Origin: an uncultured Gammaproteobacteria bacterium
Lineage (GTDB): Bacteria > Patescibacteriota > Microgenomatia > Levybacterales > UBA12049
NCBI GenBank assembly: GCA_964416505.1
Contig: CAYQEJ010000001.1
Location: forward strand, 1,692-65,691
DNA: 64,000 bases
Direction of reading: 5' to 3'
Part shown: piece after piece, positions 28,851 to 38,351 of the stretch
How positions within the stretch are numbered: the stretch's first letter is position 1
Layout: each line of letters starts with the position of its first letter
The notes under the pieces: generated by a model
Seen by the model: the letters and a program-made list of their open reading frames with translations, nothing else
Told to the model about the DNA's origin: nothing
The model's database searches: none
Translations under genes and position numbers: made by a program

Positions 28851-31724
28851 TTAAAGTATTTTTTTGAGAAACGCTCCAGTGTGAGATCTTGGATTATCGG
28901 CAATTTCCCGTGGGGTTCCTGTTGCAACTATATTTCCTCCGCCTTCTCCACCTTCTGGTCCTAAATCTATTATATAATCTGCGTTTTTAATAATATCAAG
29001 GTTATGTTCAATAACGATCACGCTATTTCCAATATCTACCAATTTTCTAAGAACGTGAAGTAATTTTTCTAGATCTGCAAAATGTAATCCTGATGTTGGT
29101 TCATCCAAAAGATAGAGTGATTTCGCTCCTCTTTTGGAAAGTTCGGATGCTAATTTTACTCGCTGTGCTTCTCCTCCTGAAAGAGTTGGGGCGGGTTGAC
29201 CGAGTTTTACATATGAAAGCCCTACGTCATTTAAAGTTAAGAGTCTATTTGATAAGGAAGGAATGAAGTTGAAGAATTCTGCAGCTTCTAAAACGCTCAT
29301 ATCTAATACATCGGCAATGTTTTTTCCATTAAACATTACTTCCAATGCTTCTTTGTTATATTGCTTTCCTTCACAAACTTCGCATGTTATATAAACATCT
29401 GGTAAGAATTGCATTTCAATTTTGATTTGGCCTTCTCCCTCGCAAGCTTCACATCTTCCACCTTTTACATTGAAGGAAAATCTGCCGGGTGCATATCCTT
29501 TAAGTCTAGCGTCCTTTGTTTTTGCAAAAATATCCCTGATGTAATTAAACGATCCGGTATATGTTGCCGGATTACTCCTAGGGGTTCTTCCAATTGGAGA
29601 TTGATCAATTGAGTAAATGTGTTTTATATGCTCATATCCTTGAATACTTGTGTGTTTTCCTGGTTTTTCTCTGTGGAAAGGATCTTCTAATTGTTTTAAA
29701 CCATGGTATAAAATATCGTTAATCAAAGTTGATTTTCCGCTTCCTGAAACGCCTGTCACTACGATTAATTTTCCTAGTGGAAATTCTACATCTATATTTT
29801 TTAGATTATGCTCACTTGCTCCTCTTATGATTAGTTTTTCATTTATTCCATTTTCCATTTTTTTCTCTACTTTTATTTTTCTTTTTTTGGAAAGATATGC
29901 ACCTGTTAGGGAAGCTTCATCTTTTTTAATTTCATCTATTGTTCCTTCAAATATAATATTTCCTCCACCCTCTCCTGCCTGAGGACCAAAGTCTACAATG
30001 TAATCTGACGCTTCCATCGTCTCTTCATCATGTTCAACAACAAGAACTGTATTTCCTAAATTCTTGAGCTTTATCAAGGTTTCTATAAGTTTTTTATTAT
30101 CTCTTTGATGAAGTCCTATCGAAGGTTCATCCAAAACATATAGAACTCCAGTAAGTCCCGAGCCAATTTGAGATGCTAGCCTAATGCGTTGTGCTTCTCC
30201 TCCGGCTAAGGTATCCGCTCCACGAGAAAGAGTAAGGTAATCAAGTCCAACATTTGTTAAGAAGGTAAGACGCTGTATTATTTCTTTGAGAATTAATCTT
30301 CCGATTGTCTCTTCACGAGATGAGATGCTTGCTGGGAGTGTCTCAAAAAATTTTAGAGCTTTATCAATAGAAACATCCGAAATTTCCATGATCGACTTTC
30401 CATTTATTGTTACCATGAGTGCCTCTTTCCTAAGGCGTGAGCCTTTACAGGATGGACAGGTTTCATATTTCATGAATTTTTCAATTTGGGATTTGAAAAA
30501 AGTTGATTCTGTATTCTGATATCTATTTGTAAGTTCCTGAAGAATTCCCGGAAATTTTTCTGAAATTGTCGTATTTCTTCCCCACCTGTTTTCTCCGTGA
30601 ACAAAATATTCTCTATCCCCCGTTCCTTCTAGAAGTATTTGTTTTTTCTCAGGAGAAATTTCTGATAGCCTTTGGCTAAGTGGAATCCCATTGTTTTCAG
30701 CAAATGTCTTAAAAGTTCTAGTAAACCATGTATCATGAGATAAAAGATTTGAGAATGGAAGAACCCCACCTTCTAGAATTGTAAGATTATTATTGAATAC
30801 AAGTTCTTTATCTACTGTAAGAATGTTACCCAAGCCATCGCAGGTGGGACATGCTCCATGTGGAGTATTAAAAGAAAAGATGCGTGGTTCTACTTCTGCT
30901 ATAGAAATATTACATACAGGACAGGCAAATTTAGTGGAATATAAATTATCTTCCATTTTTTTTGGTTTATCTGGAATTTCAAATCCTGGGTCTTTAATAA
31001 TTGTTAGTATTATTTCCCCGTCACCAAATTTGAGTGCTTGTTCTACGTCACTTGATACTCTTGAGCGATCAGTTTTATCTGAGAGCATGAGCTTATCAAT
31101 TATTACTTCGATTGAGTGTTTATTAGTTTTTATAAGCACTAGATCATCAGATAAGTCAAATATATGACCATCAACTCTAACCTGCTTGTAGCCTCTTTTT
31201 CTTAAATCTTCAAAAAGATCACGATATTCACCCTTTCTGTCTTTAACCATTGGAGAAAGGATCATTGCTTTTGTTTGTTTGGAATTTTGCATTGCTGAAA
31301 AATTCATTATCATGTCTGTAATTTGATCAGGCGATACACGAGAAATTTCTCTTCCGCAGTTAGGGCAATGTGGGTGCCCTATACGAGCAAATAGAAGTCT
31401 TAAATAATCATAGATTTCAGTGACGGTTCCAACTGTTGATCTGGGATTTCTGGATGTTGATTTTTGATCAATTGAAATTGCAGGAGAGAGCCCTTCTATG
31501 AGATCCACATCTGGTTTTTTCATTACGCCTAAGAATTGTCTTGCGTAAGAAGATAGAGATTCTACATATCTTCGTTGACCTTCTGCGTAAATGGTGTCAA
31601 AGGCCAATGAAGATTTTCCACTACCTGACAGACCGGTAAAAACGACCAGTTTATTTTTAGGAATTTTAAGATCAATATTTTTGAGGTTATGCTCTCTAGC
31701 GCCTTTTACAATAATTTCGTCCAT
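28851..31724 (-). CDS. uvrA: Excinuclease ABC subunit A
   Basis: GAREHNLKN, two Walker A motifs (GLSGSGKS, GVSGSGKS), zinc fingers, LSGGEAQR. Confidence 0.98.
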   Translation of the reverse strand: MDEIIVKGAREHNLKNIDLKIPKNKLVVFTGLSGSGKSSLAFDTIYAEGQRRYVESLSSYARQFLGVMKKPDVDLIEGLSPAISIDQKSTSRNPRSTVGTVTEIYDYLRLLFARIGHPHCPNCGREISRVSPDQITDMIMNFSAMQNSKQTKAMILSPMVKDRKGEYRDLFEDLRKRGYKQVRVDGHIFDLSDDLVLIKTNKHSIEVIIDKLMLSDKTDRSRVSSDVEQALKFGDGEIILTIIKDPGFEIPDKPKKMEDNLYSTKFACPVCNISIAEVEPRIFSFNTPHGACPTCDGLGNILTVDKELVFNNNLTILEGGVLPFSNLLSHDTWFTRTFKTFAENNGIPLSQRLSEISPEKKQILLEGTGDREYFVHGENRWGRNTTISEKFPGILQELTNRYQNTESTFFKSQIEKFMKYETCPSCKGSRLRKEALMVTINGKSIMEISDVSIDKALKFFETLPASISSREETIGRLILKEIIQRLTFLTNVGLDYLTLSRGADTLAGGEAQRIRLASQIGSGLTGVLYVLDEPSIGLHQRDNKKLIETLIKLKNLGNTVLVVEHDEETMEASDYIVDFGPQAGEGGGNIIFEGTIDEIKKDEASLTGAYLSKKRKIKVEKKMENGINEKLIIRGASEHNLKNIDVEFPLGKLIVVTGVSGSGKSTLINDILYHGLKQLEDPFHREKPGKHTSIQGYEHIKHIYSIDQSPIGRTPRSNPATYTGSFNYIRDIFAKTKDARLKGYAPGRFSFNVKGGRCEACEGEGQIKIEMQFLPDVYITCEVCEGKQYNKEALEVMFNGKNIADVLDMSVLEAAEFFNFIPSLSNRLLTLNDVGLSYVKLGQPAPTLSGGEAQRVKLASELSKRGAKSLYLLDEPTSGLHFADLEKLLHVLRKLVDIGNSVIVIEHNLDIIKNADYIIDLGPEGGEGGGNIVATGTPREIADNPRSHTGAFLKKIL

Positions 31725-31767
31725 TTTGATGAGCTACTATTATAAAGGAAATTTTTACTTATAACAA

Positions 31768-32421
31768 TCATGGACGCCAGGCTTCATAAGCATAGTAGTC
31801 TCCACTTTTTCCAACACATGCATAAGGAGTATCTTTAAGCATGTTTGCATGATGTCCTGGAGAATCAATCCAGCCTTGTACAATTTTTGTAATATCTCCA
31901 CCCATTGCTATGTTTTCTACAACCTCACGATAAGAAGGATATGGAAGTGATTTTGAATTAACTCTGTTCGAGAATCCATCATGATTAAAGCCATTTACGA
32001 TTTCACCTGCTCTTGTAATTGCGAAGCCACATGTATATGGATCCGAGGATACACTAGAAAGACCATTTGATGCCCGAAAATTATTAATTTCATTTAAAAG
32101 TTCGCTTTCCCCGCCAGAGTATGAGCTGGGAGGGTTGTTATTTGTAGAATTTTCTGATGGAGCTTTGGTCGGTTCGGGTTTTGGTGTTGGTGAAGGAGTA
32201 ATCGAGATTGGTTTGGTAGGGATAAGTGTTATAGTTCTGTTAGCAACTCTACTAGAAACTACAGAATAATTTGAAGCTTCATTTGTGTTTAGTGTGACCG
32301 TTTTTGGACTTTCAATTGTGGTTTTTTGGTAGCTATTTTTTTTCTGAATATCGAATATTAGAAGTACATCTAGAATTAATAAGCAACTTATCAAAAAGGT
32401 TCGATTGATAGTCCAAAACAC
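31768..32421 (-). CDS. CAP (SCP) domain protein, membrane anchored
   Basis: INNFRASNGL, ENIA, WIDSPGHHANM; probable GTG start 6 nt after TGTTATTAT. Confidence 0.85.
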   Translation of the reverse strand: MFWTINRTFLISCLLILDVLLIFDIQKKNSYQKTTIESPKTVTLNTNEASNYSVVSSRVANRTITLIPTKPISITPSPTPKPEPTKAPSENSTNNNPPSSYSGGESELLNEINNFRASNGLSSVSSDPYTCGFAITRAGEIVNGFNHDGFSNRVNSKSLPYPSYREVVENIAMGGDITKIVQGWIDSPGHHANMLKDTPYACVGKSGDYYAYEAWRP

Positions 32422-32508
32422 ACATTGATAATAACAAATCAATATTAATTTTCAACACCTAAAATGACATTTATAGGATTTGTTTTTAATTGATATATTT
32501 TGTGCATA

Positions 32509-32537
32509 TTGACTTGAAATTTTTCACAGCATAATAT
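32509..32537 (+). promoter_or_regulatory. Sigma70-type promoter of the 32780 gene
   Basis: TTGACT-17-TAATAT. Confidence 0.6.
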
Positions 32538-32593
32538 CTTAAAATAATCAAAAATTCTTGATTGTCGAGTATTAACAACATAATCAAGAAAAG

Positions 32594-32614
32594 TTCTGAC
32601 CGCAAACGGAAGAA
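32594..32614 (+). promoter_or_regulatory. Conserved leader hairpin, copy A
   Basis: TTCT-GA-CCG-CAAA-CGG-A-AGAA; 15-nt core identical to copy B at 39743-39757 (minus strand). Confidence 0.75.
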
Positions 32615-32651
32615 TGAAATTAACTGTCCAAATTAATTTAGACTATTAGAG

Positions 32652-32685
32652 AAAAGCCTAGTATAGAAATATACGGGCTTTTTTT
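32652..32685 (+). terminator. Leader terminator (attenuator) upstream of the 32780 gene
   Basis: AAAAGCCT-A-GTATA-GAAA-TATAC-GGGC followed by T7. Confidence 0.75.
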
Positions 32686-32779
32686 GTGCTTTTACGGTTG
32701 CAATTGCTGATTAATTTGGAAACACCGGTTGGAAAAAGCTGCCCTTTTTCTAACCACATCATGAAAGGAGGTGAATAAA

Positions 32780-33382
32780 ATGATAAGTTATACAAAAAAA
32801 TTAGGAACAGCATTTGCTACTGCAACATTAATTGCTTCAGTATTTGCTCCTATTGCAAGCGCAGATACAAATGTTACTGTAAGCGATAATGGTCATGCTT
32901 CAAATAATACAGTTAATGTTACAAATAACAATACTGTTAACGTAACCCAATCAAACGTAATGACTGTGGGTTTGAACATAAATTCTTCTGCAAATACAGG
33001 AGGAAATAGTGCAAATGGTAACACGGGTGGAAATGTAACAATTTCTACCGGGAATGCTACAAGCAATGTAACCGTTGCTGTCGAAGGAGGATCAAACACA
33101 GCTGATCTATCAAACTGTGGATGTGGAACTACCAACGATACTGTAGAAATAAAAGATAACGGAGGCAAATCTAAGAATAAAGTTACTATAAATAACAAAA
33201 ATTCTAAGAAGGTAACTCAAACAAGCGTAGTTACTGTTTCCGCAGGTGTAAATTCTAAAGCAAAGACAGGATACAATAAAGCGAACAAAAACACTCAGGG
33301 AAATGTAAATGTCACAACTGGTGACTCTGAGTCTACTGTTGATGTTTTGGTGAGTGCACCATCTAATGATGTTAGTCTCTAA
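32780..33382 (+). CDS. Secreted Asn/Thr/Val-rich repeat protein (fibre subunit candidate)
   Basis: SD GGAGGTG, signal peptide YTKKLGTAFAT...APIASA, two ANTGGNxAxxNTGGxVxIxTG repeats, CGC linker. Confidence 0.88.
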   Translation: MISYTKKLGTAFATATLIASVFAPIASADTNVTVSDNGHASNNTVNVTNNNTVNVTQSNVMTVGLNINSSANTGGNSANGNTGGNVTISTGNATSNVTVAVEGGSNTADLSNCGCGTTNDTVEIKDNGGKSKNKVTINNKNSKKVTQTSVVTVSAGVNSKAKTGYNKANKNTQGNVNVTTGDSESTVDVLVSAPSNDVSL

Positions 33383-33400
33383 AAAGGGATTGCATTTTCA

Positions 33401-33426
33401 AAAACCCTGCCCTGTGCAGGGTTTTT
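33401..33426. terminator. Bidirectional intrinsic terminator
   Basis: AAAACCCTGC-CCTGT-GCAGGGTTTTT. Confidence 0.85.
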
Positions 33427-33431
33427 GGGTT

Positions 33432-33483
33432 TTAAGAAGATTTTGCAAAGACGAGTAGGCGTTTGAATGAAGTTCCGATTGGC
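33432..33483 (-). pseudogene. Duplicated 3' end of the sortase gene
   Basis: Translates PIGTSFKRLLVFAKSS* versus PIGTSFKRLLIFAKPV* in the intact sortase; 23-bp identical core 33457-33479 = 34349-34371. Confidence 0.9.
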
Positions 33484-33594
33484 ACGCCCGCAACTGCTCG
33501 CAGTTTTGCATTTCGGGCGAGACAGTTATTAACAAAGACTTACTTTTCAGGTGAAGTAAATATTAAAATTATTTTGAATGGGGTTTCTACTCAG

Positions 33595-33632
33595 TCCTAT
33601 AGTTTGACATTTTTAGCCTCGATTGATATACT
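33595..33632 (+). promoter_or_regulatory. TCCTATAGT motif abutting a near-consensus sigma70 promoter
   Basis: TCCTATAGT-TTGACA-17-TATACT. Confidence 0.8.
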
Positions 33633-33643
33633 TTCGGACTATT

Positions 33644-34321
33644 ATGACAAGAAAAGAAGTTTTGTCTGGAGAATCCGTTGTTGAAGGACGAGAATCAGTA
33701 CCAGATGATAGACTAATTGCCTTATGGCAAAAGTTAAATTACGGGTCTCATATAGCTGGTGAAGTTGCAAATAGAAATTTATTTACCCATGCGTTTAGGC
33801 ATTCAGGATATAGTATAGAGGGAAAAAAAGTATCAATATCTTTTGGATATAAACGACCTGGAGTCATTTATAGATTACTAGACACTTATGGATATAAATA
33901 TACTCTCAAACCAGGAGTTGTTCTTGATGCAAGACAGACTGCTGCTTTTTACCAAGGAGTTGCTGGAATAAGCATTATAGAGCAAGTAGATGAATTATCG
34001 GAGCGAAGACTAGATTTAGCTGTTAGAAGAGATGGGCAGATCATAGAATCTGCTGTCGCTGAATCTACGCATGGGTTAAGTACTCAGGGCGTAGGCTTGG
34101 TAACATCTCTATGGCAAGAAAATGATTATTATAGAGACTTGTTAGATGGAGATTGCGAAGGTAGGATAGATGCGCAAACTCATGCTTTTGTAGCAAGACG
34201 AGGTATTACGTTAAGTGAAATAGAGCCTGCGGAAAGATATTTAGGTGCGATTGTTGGATATCTCCAAGGTTTACGCCGTGGTCCTCAACCATTTTTTCCA
34301 GTATCCCCTTCTGTTAAATAA
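33644..34321 (+). CDS. Orphan hypothetical protein inserted in the sortase locus
   Basis: Start MTRKE after the promoter; stop 2 nt from the convergent sortase stop. Confidence 0.75.
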   Translation: MTRKEVLSGESVVEGRESVPDDRLIALWQKLNYGSHIAGEVANRNLFTHAFRHSGYSIEGKKVSISFGYKRPGVIYRLLDTYGYKYTLKPGVVLDARQTAAFYQGVAGISIIEQVDELSERRLDLAVRRDGQIIESAVAESTHGLSTQGVGLVTSLWQENDYYRDLLDGDCEGRIDAQTHAFVARRGITLSEIEPAERYLGAIVGYLQGLRRGPQPFFPVSPSVK

Positions 34322-34323
34322 GT

Positions 34324-34899
34324 TTACACGGGTTTTGCAAAGATTAGGAGGCGTTTGAATGAAGTTCCGATGGGCCAGCATGTTTGGATAATTAATTGAT
34401 CTTTCGTTTCTTTTAGATACTTAACTTCTGAAGGAGAAACAATTTTTTTTTCAAAAACTTTATACTTAAATTCTTTTCCGTCCTTTTTAATAATTATTTG
34501 ATCATTTTTATTTAATTCTCCAAGACGTAGGAAAATTGTATTATATCTTGTGATTTCTAAAGGATTTCCTGATGAGTGTGCAAAAACAAATATACTCCCC
34601 TTTTCTCCAGGTTTTGCTGTTCCTTTGGCTTGGGCCACACCTGTTTTTAAAACTTCCTGATAAACCTTTTCGTTAAAAGGGTCTACATCCATTTTCAATG
34701 GAGCTTGAGCATTTATTTTGGGAATCGTTATAAATGATCCATTTAGCTCATTTTGAGATTTAATTTTTGGAGGAAAAAGATAAGTAGAAATAACTGGAGT
34801 AAAAATAATAAATAGTAAGAAAAGAGATGTGATAATTAAAAAATTTCCTACATGGTAGGAAAGATTTTTTTGTTTTTTTTGAATTTTCTTCTTTTTCAC
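34324..34899 (-). CDS. Sortase
   Basis: N-terminal TM, FAHS (His), LIIQTCWP (Cys), KRL (Arg). Confidence 0.93.
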   Translation of the reverse strand: MKKKKIQKKQKNLSYHVGNFLIITSLFLLFIIFTPVISTYLFPPKIKSQNELNGSFITIPKINAQAPLKMDVDPFNEKVYQEVLKTGVAQAKGTAKPGEKGSIFVFAHSSGNPLEITRYNTIFLRLGELNKNDQIIIKKDGKEFKYKVFEKKIVSPSEVKYLKETKDQLIIQTCWPIGTSFKRLLIFAKPV

Positions 34900-34917
34900 G
34901 AGGAGAATTCTACCAGA

Positions 34918-36024
34918 TTACCTGGCAAATAGATAGTTTGGAGATCTTCCAGACCGTAGCCGCAAGTACCCACCCATAAAAAGCATTACTATATTTCCAA
35001 TTAGTAGGAAAAGAAGAGAAAAGTTACCTGTTATTGGAAGTATTTGTCCTGTGGTAGTTCCTGCTGTAGTTCCCCCTGATCCTCCTCCGTTATTACCATT
35101 TCCATTATTGTTGTTGCCGTTGTTTGAAGATGGTGGTGGAGTTGAGTCTGGTGGATTTTTTGTCGGGTCTTCATGGCAGCAGTCAACGTCTACAATTCCT
35201 CCGTTTATGTCTTTATTATCGATGGTTGTTGTGAGATAAATATCTCCTGTATTTATGTCTACGTTCCCATTGTTGTTATTTGCGCTGTTTTTTCCAGTAT
35301 TTAAATCCCAGTTAGAATTATTTACGATATTTGCGCTACTTTCGATATTTATATTTAGTGGATTCGAGTTGCTGTAGTTAACTTGATTATCAGATTTTGC
35401 TCCGTTTCCTTTTATAACTATATACGCACTTGCCCCGCTTGGATTTCCTGCGTGAACATTATAGATATTTATTCCTGAATTATTAATTATATCTGTTACG
35501 TAAATACTTCCTGTGTTTATGCTTACATTCCCAAGATTATTATTTGCACTATTGTAGCCGGTATTTGCTTTTCCTTTTACGTTGTTAGTTATGTTTGCAT
35601 TATTTGATACGTTTACATTTGTCGTTGAATTGGAATTAAAGTTAATCGAATTATCAGAATATGTCCCATTACCGGAAATATTGAATGTTTGATCATTCGT
35701 ACAGCAACCAAGCTCAACTGAGCTTTGATTTATATTTTCATTGTTAATTTGGGAATTTACTGTTGCATTTCCGGTATTTATATTTGTTTCTCCTGAGTTA
35801 TTGTTCGCGCTGTTTCCACCAGTATTAGCGGTGGTATTTACAGTATTAGTTATATTTGCATTATTTTCTTGATTTACAGTAGTAGTTTGAGTAGACGTGA
35901 CCGAAACATTGTTATCTGCTCCAGATCCATTATTTTCAATTACAATTGTCTCTGCAAATACTTTATATGGATTTGCAAGCAAAACTACAGATAAAAGACC
36001 CAATAAAATTTTTTTGTTTAACAT
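34918..36024 (-). CDS. Asn-rich repeat surface protein with LPxTG sorting signal
   Basis: Signal peptide, three NTGxNSANNN repeats, CC motifs, LPITG + hydrophobic helix + RLRSGR tail. Confidence 0.9.
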   Translation of the reverse strand: MLNKKILLGLLSVVLLANPYKVFAETIVIENNGSGADNNVSVTSTQTTTVNQENNANITNTVNTTANTGGNSANNNSGETNINTGNATVNSQINNENINQSSVELGCCTNDQTFNISGNGTYSDNSINFNSNSTTNVNVSNNANITNNVKGKANTGYNSANNNLGNVSINTGSIYVTDIINNSGINIYNVHAGNPSGASAYIVIKGNGAKSDNQVNYSNSNPLNINIESSANIVNNSNWDLNTGKNSANNNNGNVDINTGDIYLTTTIDNKDINGGIVDVDCCHEDPTKNPPDSTPPPSSNNGNNNNGNGNNGGGSGGTTAGTTTGQILPITGNFSLLFLLIGNIVMLFMGGYLRLRSGRSPNYLFAR

Positions 36025-36071
36025 AACTATATTTAGGCAGGAATTTACTAAATCCGAGGCAGAGGATTTAA

Positions 36072-38246
36072 TTAGACAGATTTAACTTTAATATATAATT
36101 TTCGACTTATTATAAATATTGCTAAAACAGGTAGTGCTAAGATAGCCCATGCTAAATTGACTGTTGGTTTTCCTGAATCATTTATTCCTTTTGTAAGTGA
36201 TCCCATTATTTTTGCTGTGTTTGCTCCTGCAACTTTTATATCTACATTTGGAGTAAATCCGTTTGAAGTAAATGTTGCAACTCCACCATTTGATCCACCC
36301 ACTGCTGCCACAGTTGTTGATTTAGTTGTATTTGTGCTTTCTGTTGATGAGTTATTGTTGCTAGAGTTATTTGATCCGGTTCCGCCCTGAGCGAGCACTT
36401 CATTGTTTTCTTTATGTTCTTTTGAGCTTCCTGGAGTAATAAAGTCTCCAATCCAGCTTCCAAAAACATTTACAACAGTTACTACTAATTTTCCATTTCC
36501 TACAATATTGTTGTTTACGAAATTCACTAAGTTAGCTACGATATTTGCATCTCCAGTTGTAATATTTGAATTTCCTCCTGTGTTGTAGTTAGTGGTGTTG
36601 TTTCCTGTGTTTGCTGACAAATTGAGAGTGTTATTTATGTCTGCAGTATTTGTTTGAGTGGTCGTATTATTAACTGTAGTTGATCCGTTAGCTACGTTGG
36701 TAGAATCTGCTCCATTTCCTGAATTTGTTGCAGTTATGCTTCCGGTTACAGGATTTATTAAGAATTGGAATAGTGGAGAACCAGCGAAGTTATTTCCATC
36801 TTGAGATCCAAACAATTTTCCAACCCAGTTTCCTGCTTCGTTCACTATTACTAACCACATGGTTCCTCCCATAAGATTCATGTTTGCAATATTTAAGATG
36901 TTTGCATCAATGTTTGAAGATCCGGTAGATATATTGTTGTCTCCACCAGTATTGAATTTGGAATCATTGTTTCCTGTATTTGCATCAAGTACTAATGTGT
37001 TTGTGATGTTGGCATCATTTGATTGGAATGTGTTGTTGTTAATAGTCGAATCAGAATTTGTTGTATTGCTCGATCCTGCTCCGTTTCCTGTATTTGAAAG
37101 CATTGTTGTGTCTCCACAGCTTCCTCCACAGATTGCATCCATCATTTCTTGGGTTAATATAATGTCTCCGACTAAATTTCCAAAAATATTTACTACGCCG
37201 TAAATTACGTTGCCCGCGATATTGTTGTTGGCAAATGTAACTGCATTTGCTGAAACATTTGCGTCACCAGTAGTGATGTTTGAGTCTCCACCTGTATTAA
37301 AGCTTGCTCCGTTGTTTCCGCTATTTGATGCAAGATTTAAGTTATTCCCTACAGTTGCGCTGTTGGTTTGATTTGTGTTGTTGTTTACTGTTGAGTCATT
37401 GGTTGCTTCATTGTAGGAGAATGCTCCATTTGCATCATTTTCTAAAGCTAGGCTTTGTCCACATCCTGCGATGCATCCTGCGTTGAAGTCCAAGATTATG
37501 TCTCCTTGATGGTCGTCTACTATATTGAACTCAGCTACAGCTACTCCATCCACGTTTGTATTTACAGATGTAACTACTGTTCCAGTTGTATTTGCGTCGC
37601 CTGTTGTTATTGAAGAATTCCCTACGTTAAATGAAGAATCATTATTTCCTGTAACGGTTGAGGAATTCATATTGTTGGATACGTTTGCGCTATTTCCCTG
37701 ATTTGTATTATTGTTTGTTGTTGATGAAGAATCGCCAATATTTGTTGAACCTGCACCATTTTCTGAATTAGAAATTGAAGTGCTTCCTCCACCACAGCAT
37801 CCGCTTGATGAAGTATTATTATTTCCGGTCGTTATTATTGATGAAGAATTGCTTCCATCCCCTGTGTTTATAGATGTATCTCCAACATTTCCATTTGAAG
37901 AGGTTCCTGTTCCTGATGAAGTAGGAGTTTGAGTTGTATCTGTTGTATTTGATGAAGCTGCTGGTGTAGGAGCTGGTTTTTCTTTTGGTTTATAGTTATC
38001 TGGATTCCAGGTTGGAGCTGTTGGTGCAGTAGGTGCAGTTGGCGCTGTAGGAGCCGTAGGAGCACTTGGTGCAGTTGGCGCTGTAGGAGCAACCGGTTCT
38101 TGTGGAGCAGTAGGTTCAGGAGTAGGTTGTACGGATGATGTATCGGCTGGAGTGGATTCTTCTGCAAGAACTGCAAAAGATGTACCCATTCTTCCGAAGA
38201 GCATAATTCCTATTAATAATATTGCGATTGATTTTTTAATTTTCAT
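36072..38246 (-). CDS. Large Asn/Thr/Gly-rich repeat surface protein with C-terminal TM anchor
   Basis: Signal peptide, PTA linker, four NGAxSxN...TGNNxxxFNTGG...ITTGDA repeats, Cys pairs, terminal TM. Confidence 0.9.
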   Translation of the reverse strand: MKIKKSIAILLIGIMLFGRMGTSFAVLAEESTPADTSSVQPTPEPTAPQEPVAPTAPTAPSAPTAPTAPTAPTAPTAPTWNPDNYKPKEKPAPTPAASSNTTDTTQTPTSSGTGTSSNGNVGDTSINTGDGSNSSSIITTGNNNTSSSGCCGGGSTSISNSENGAGSTNIGDSSSTTNNNTNQGNSANVSNNMNSSTVTGNNDSSFNVGNSSITTGDANTTGTVVTSVNTNVDGVAVAEFNIVDDHQGDIILDFNAGCIAGCGQSLALENDANGAFSYNEATNDSTVNNNTNQTNSATVGNNLNLASNSGNNGASFNTGGDSNITTGDANVSANAVTFANNNIAGNVIYGVVNIFGNLVGDIILTQEMMDAICGGSCGDTTMLSNTGNGAGSSNTTNSDSTINNNTFQSNDANITNTLVLDANTGNNDSKFNTGGDNNISTGSSNIDANILNIANMNLMGGTMWLVIVNEAGNWVGKLFGSQDGNNFAGSPLFQFLINPVTGSITATNSGNGADSTNVANGSTTVNNTTTQTNTADINNTLNLSANTGNNTTNYNTGGNSNITTGDANIVANLVNFVNNNIVGNGKLVVTVVNVFGSWIGDFITPGSSKEHKENNEVLAQGGTGSNNSSNNNSSTESTNTTKSTTVAAVGGSNGGVATFTSNGFTPNVDIKVAGANTAKIMGSLTKGINDSGKPTVNLAWAILALPVLAIFIISRKLYIKVKSV
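38010..38090 (-). repeat. 9-bp-period coding tandem repeat (Pro-Thr-Ala)n
   Basis: Encodes APTAPTAPSAPTAPTAPTAPTAPT with varied synonymous codons. Confidence 0.85.
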
Positions 38247-38300
38247 TTTTTTTATTTTTAGTTTTAATTTTAATTTTTTCCTTATTTAGTTTATGTTTGG

Positions 38301-38345
38301 TGGCAGGGGTTCTTGTTGAAGTGCTAACAAGAGCGCCCCTACCGC
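38301..38345 (-). other. Intergenic hairpin after the 421-aa gene (mRNA stabiliser or partial terminator)
   Basis: GGTAGGGG..TCTTGTT-loop-AACAAGA.CCCCTGCC; no U-tract. Confidence 0.65.
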
Positions 38346-38351
38346 CTTACA

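Noticed and set aside
29409-31167. Plus-strand ORFs inside uvrA, and similar shadow ORFs throughout the ORF track
   Set aside because: Antisense to well-supported genes, Ser/Phe/Leu-biased, with no promoter or motif support
32594-32685. c-di-GMP-I riboswitch suggested by GCAAAC
   Set aside because: The GNRA/receptor two-stem architecture and second GCAAA segment are missing; only a 19-21-nt hairpin is shared between copies
33463-33684. 73-aa plus-strand ORF
   Set aside because: Spans the antisense sortase remnant, a hairpin and a promoter; better explained as non-coding junction DNA
38010-38090. PTA repeat as a phase-variation tract
   Set aside because: In-frame and synonymously diverged, so a stable linker rather than a slippage switch
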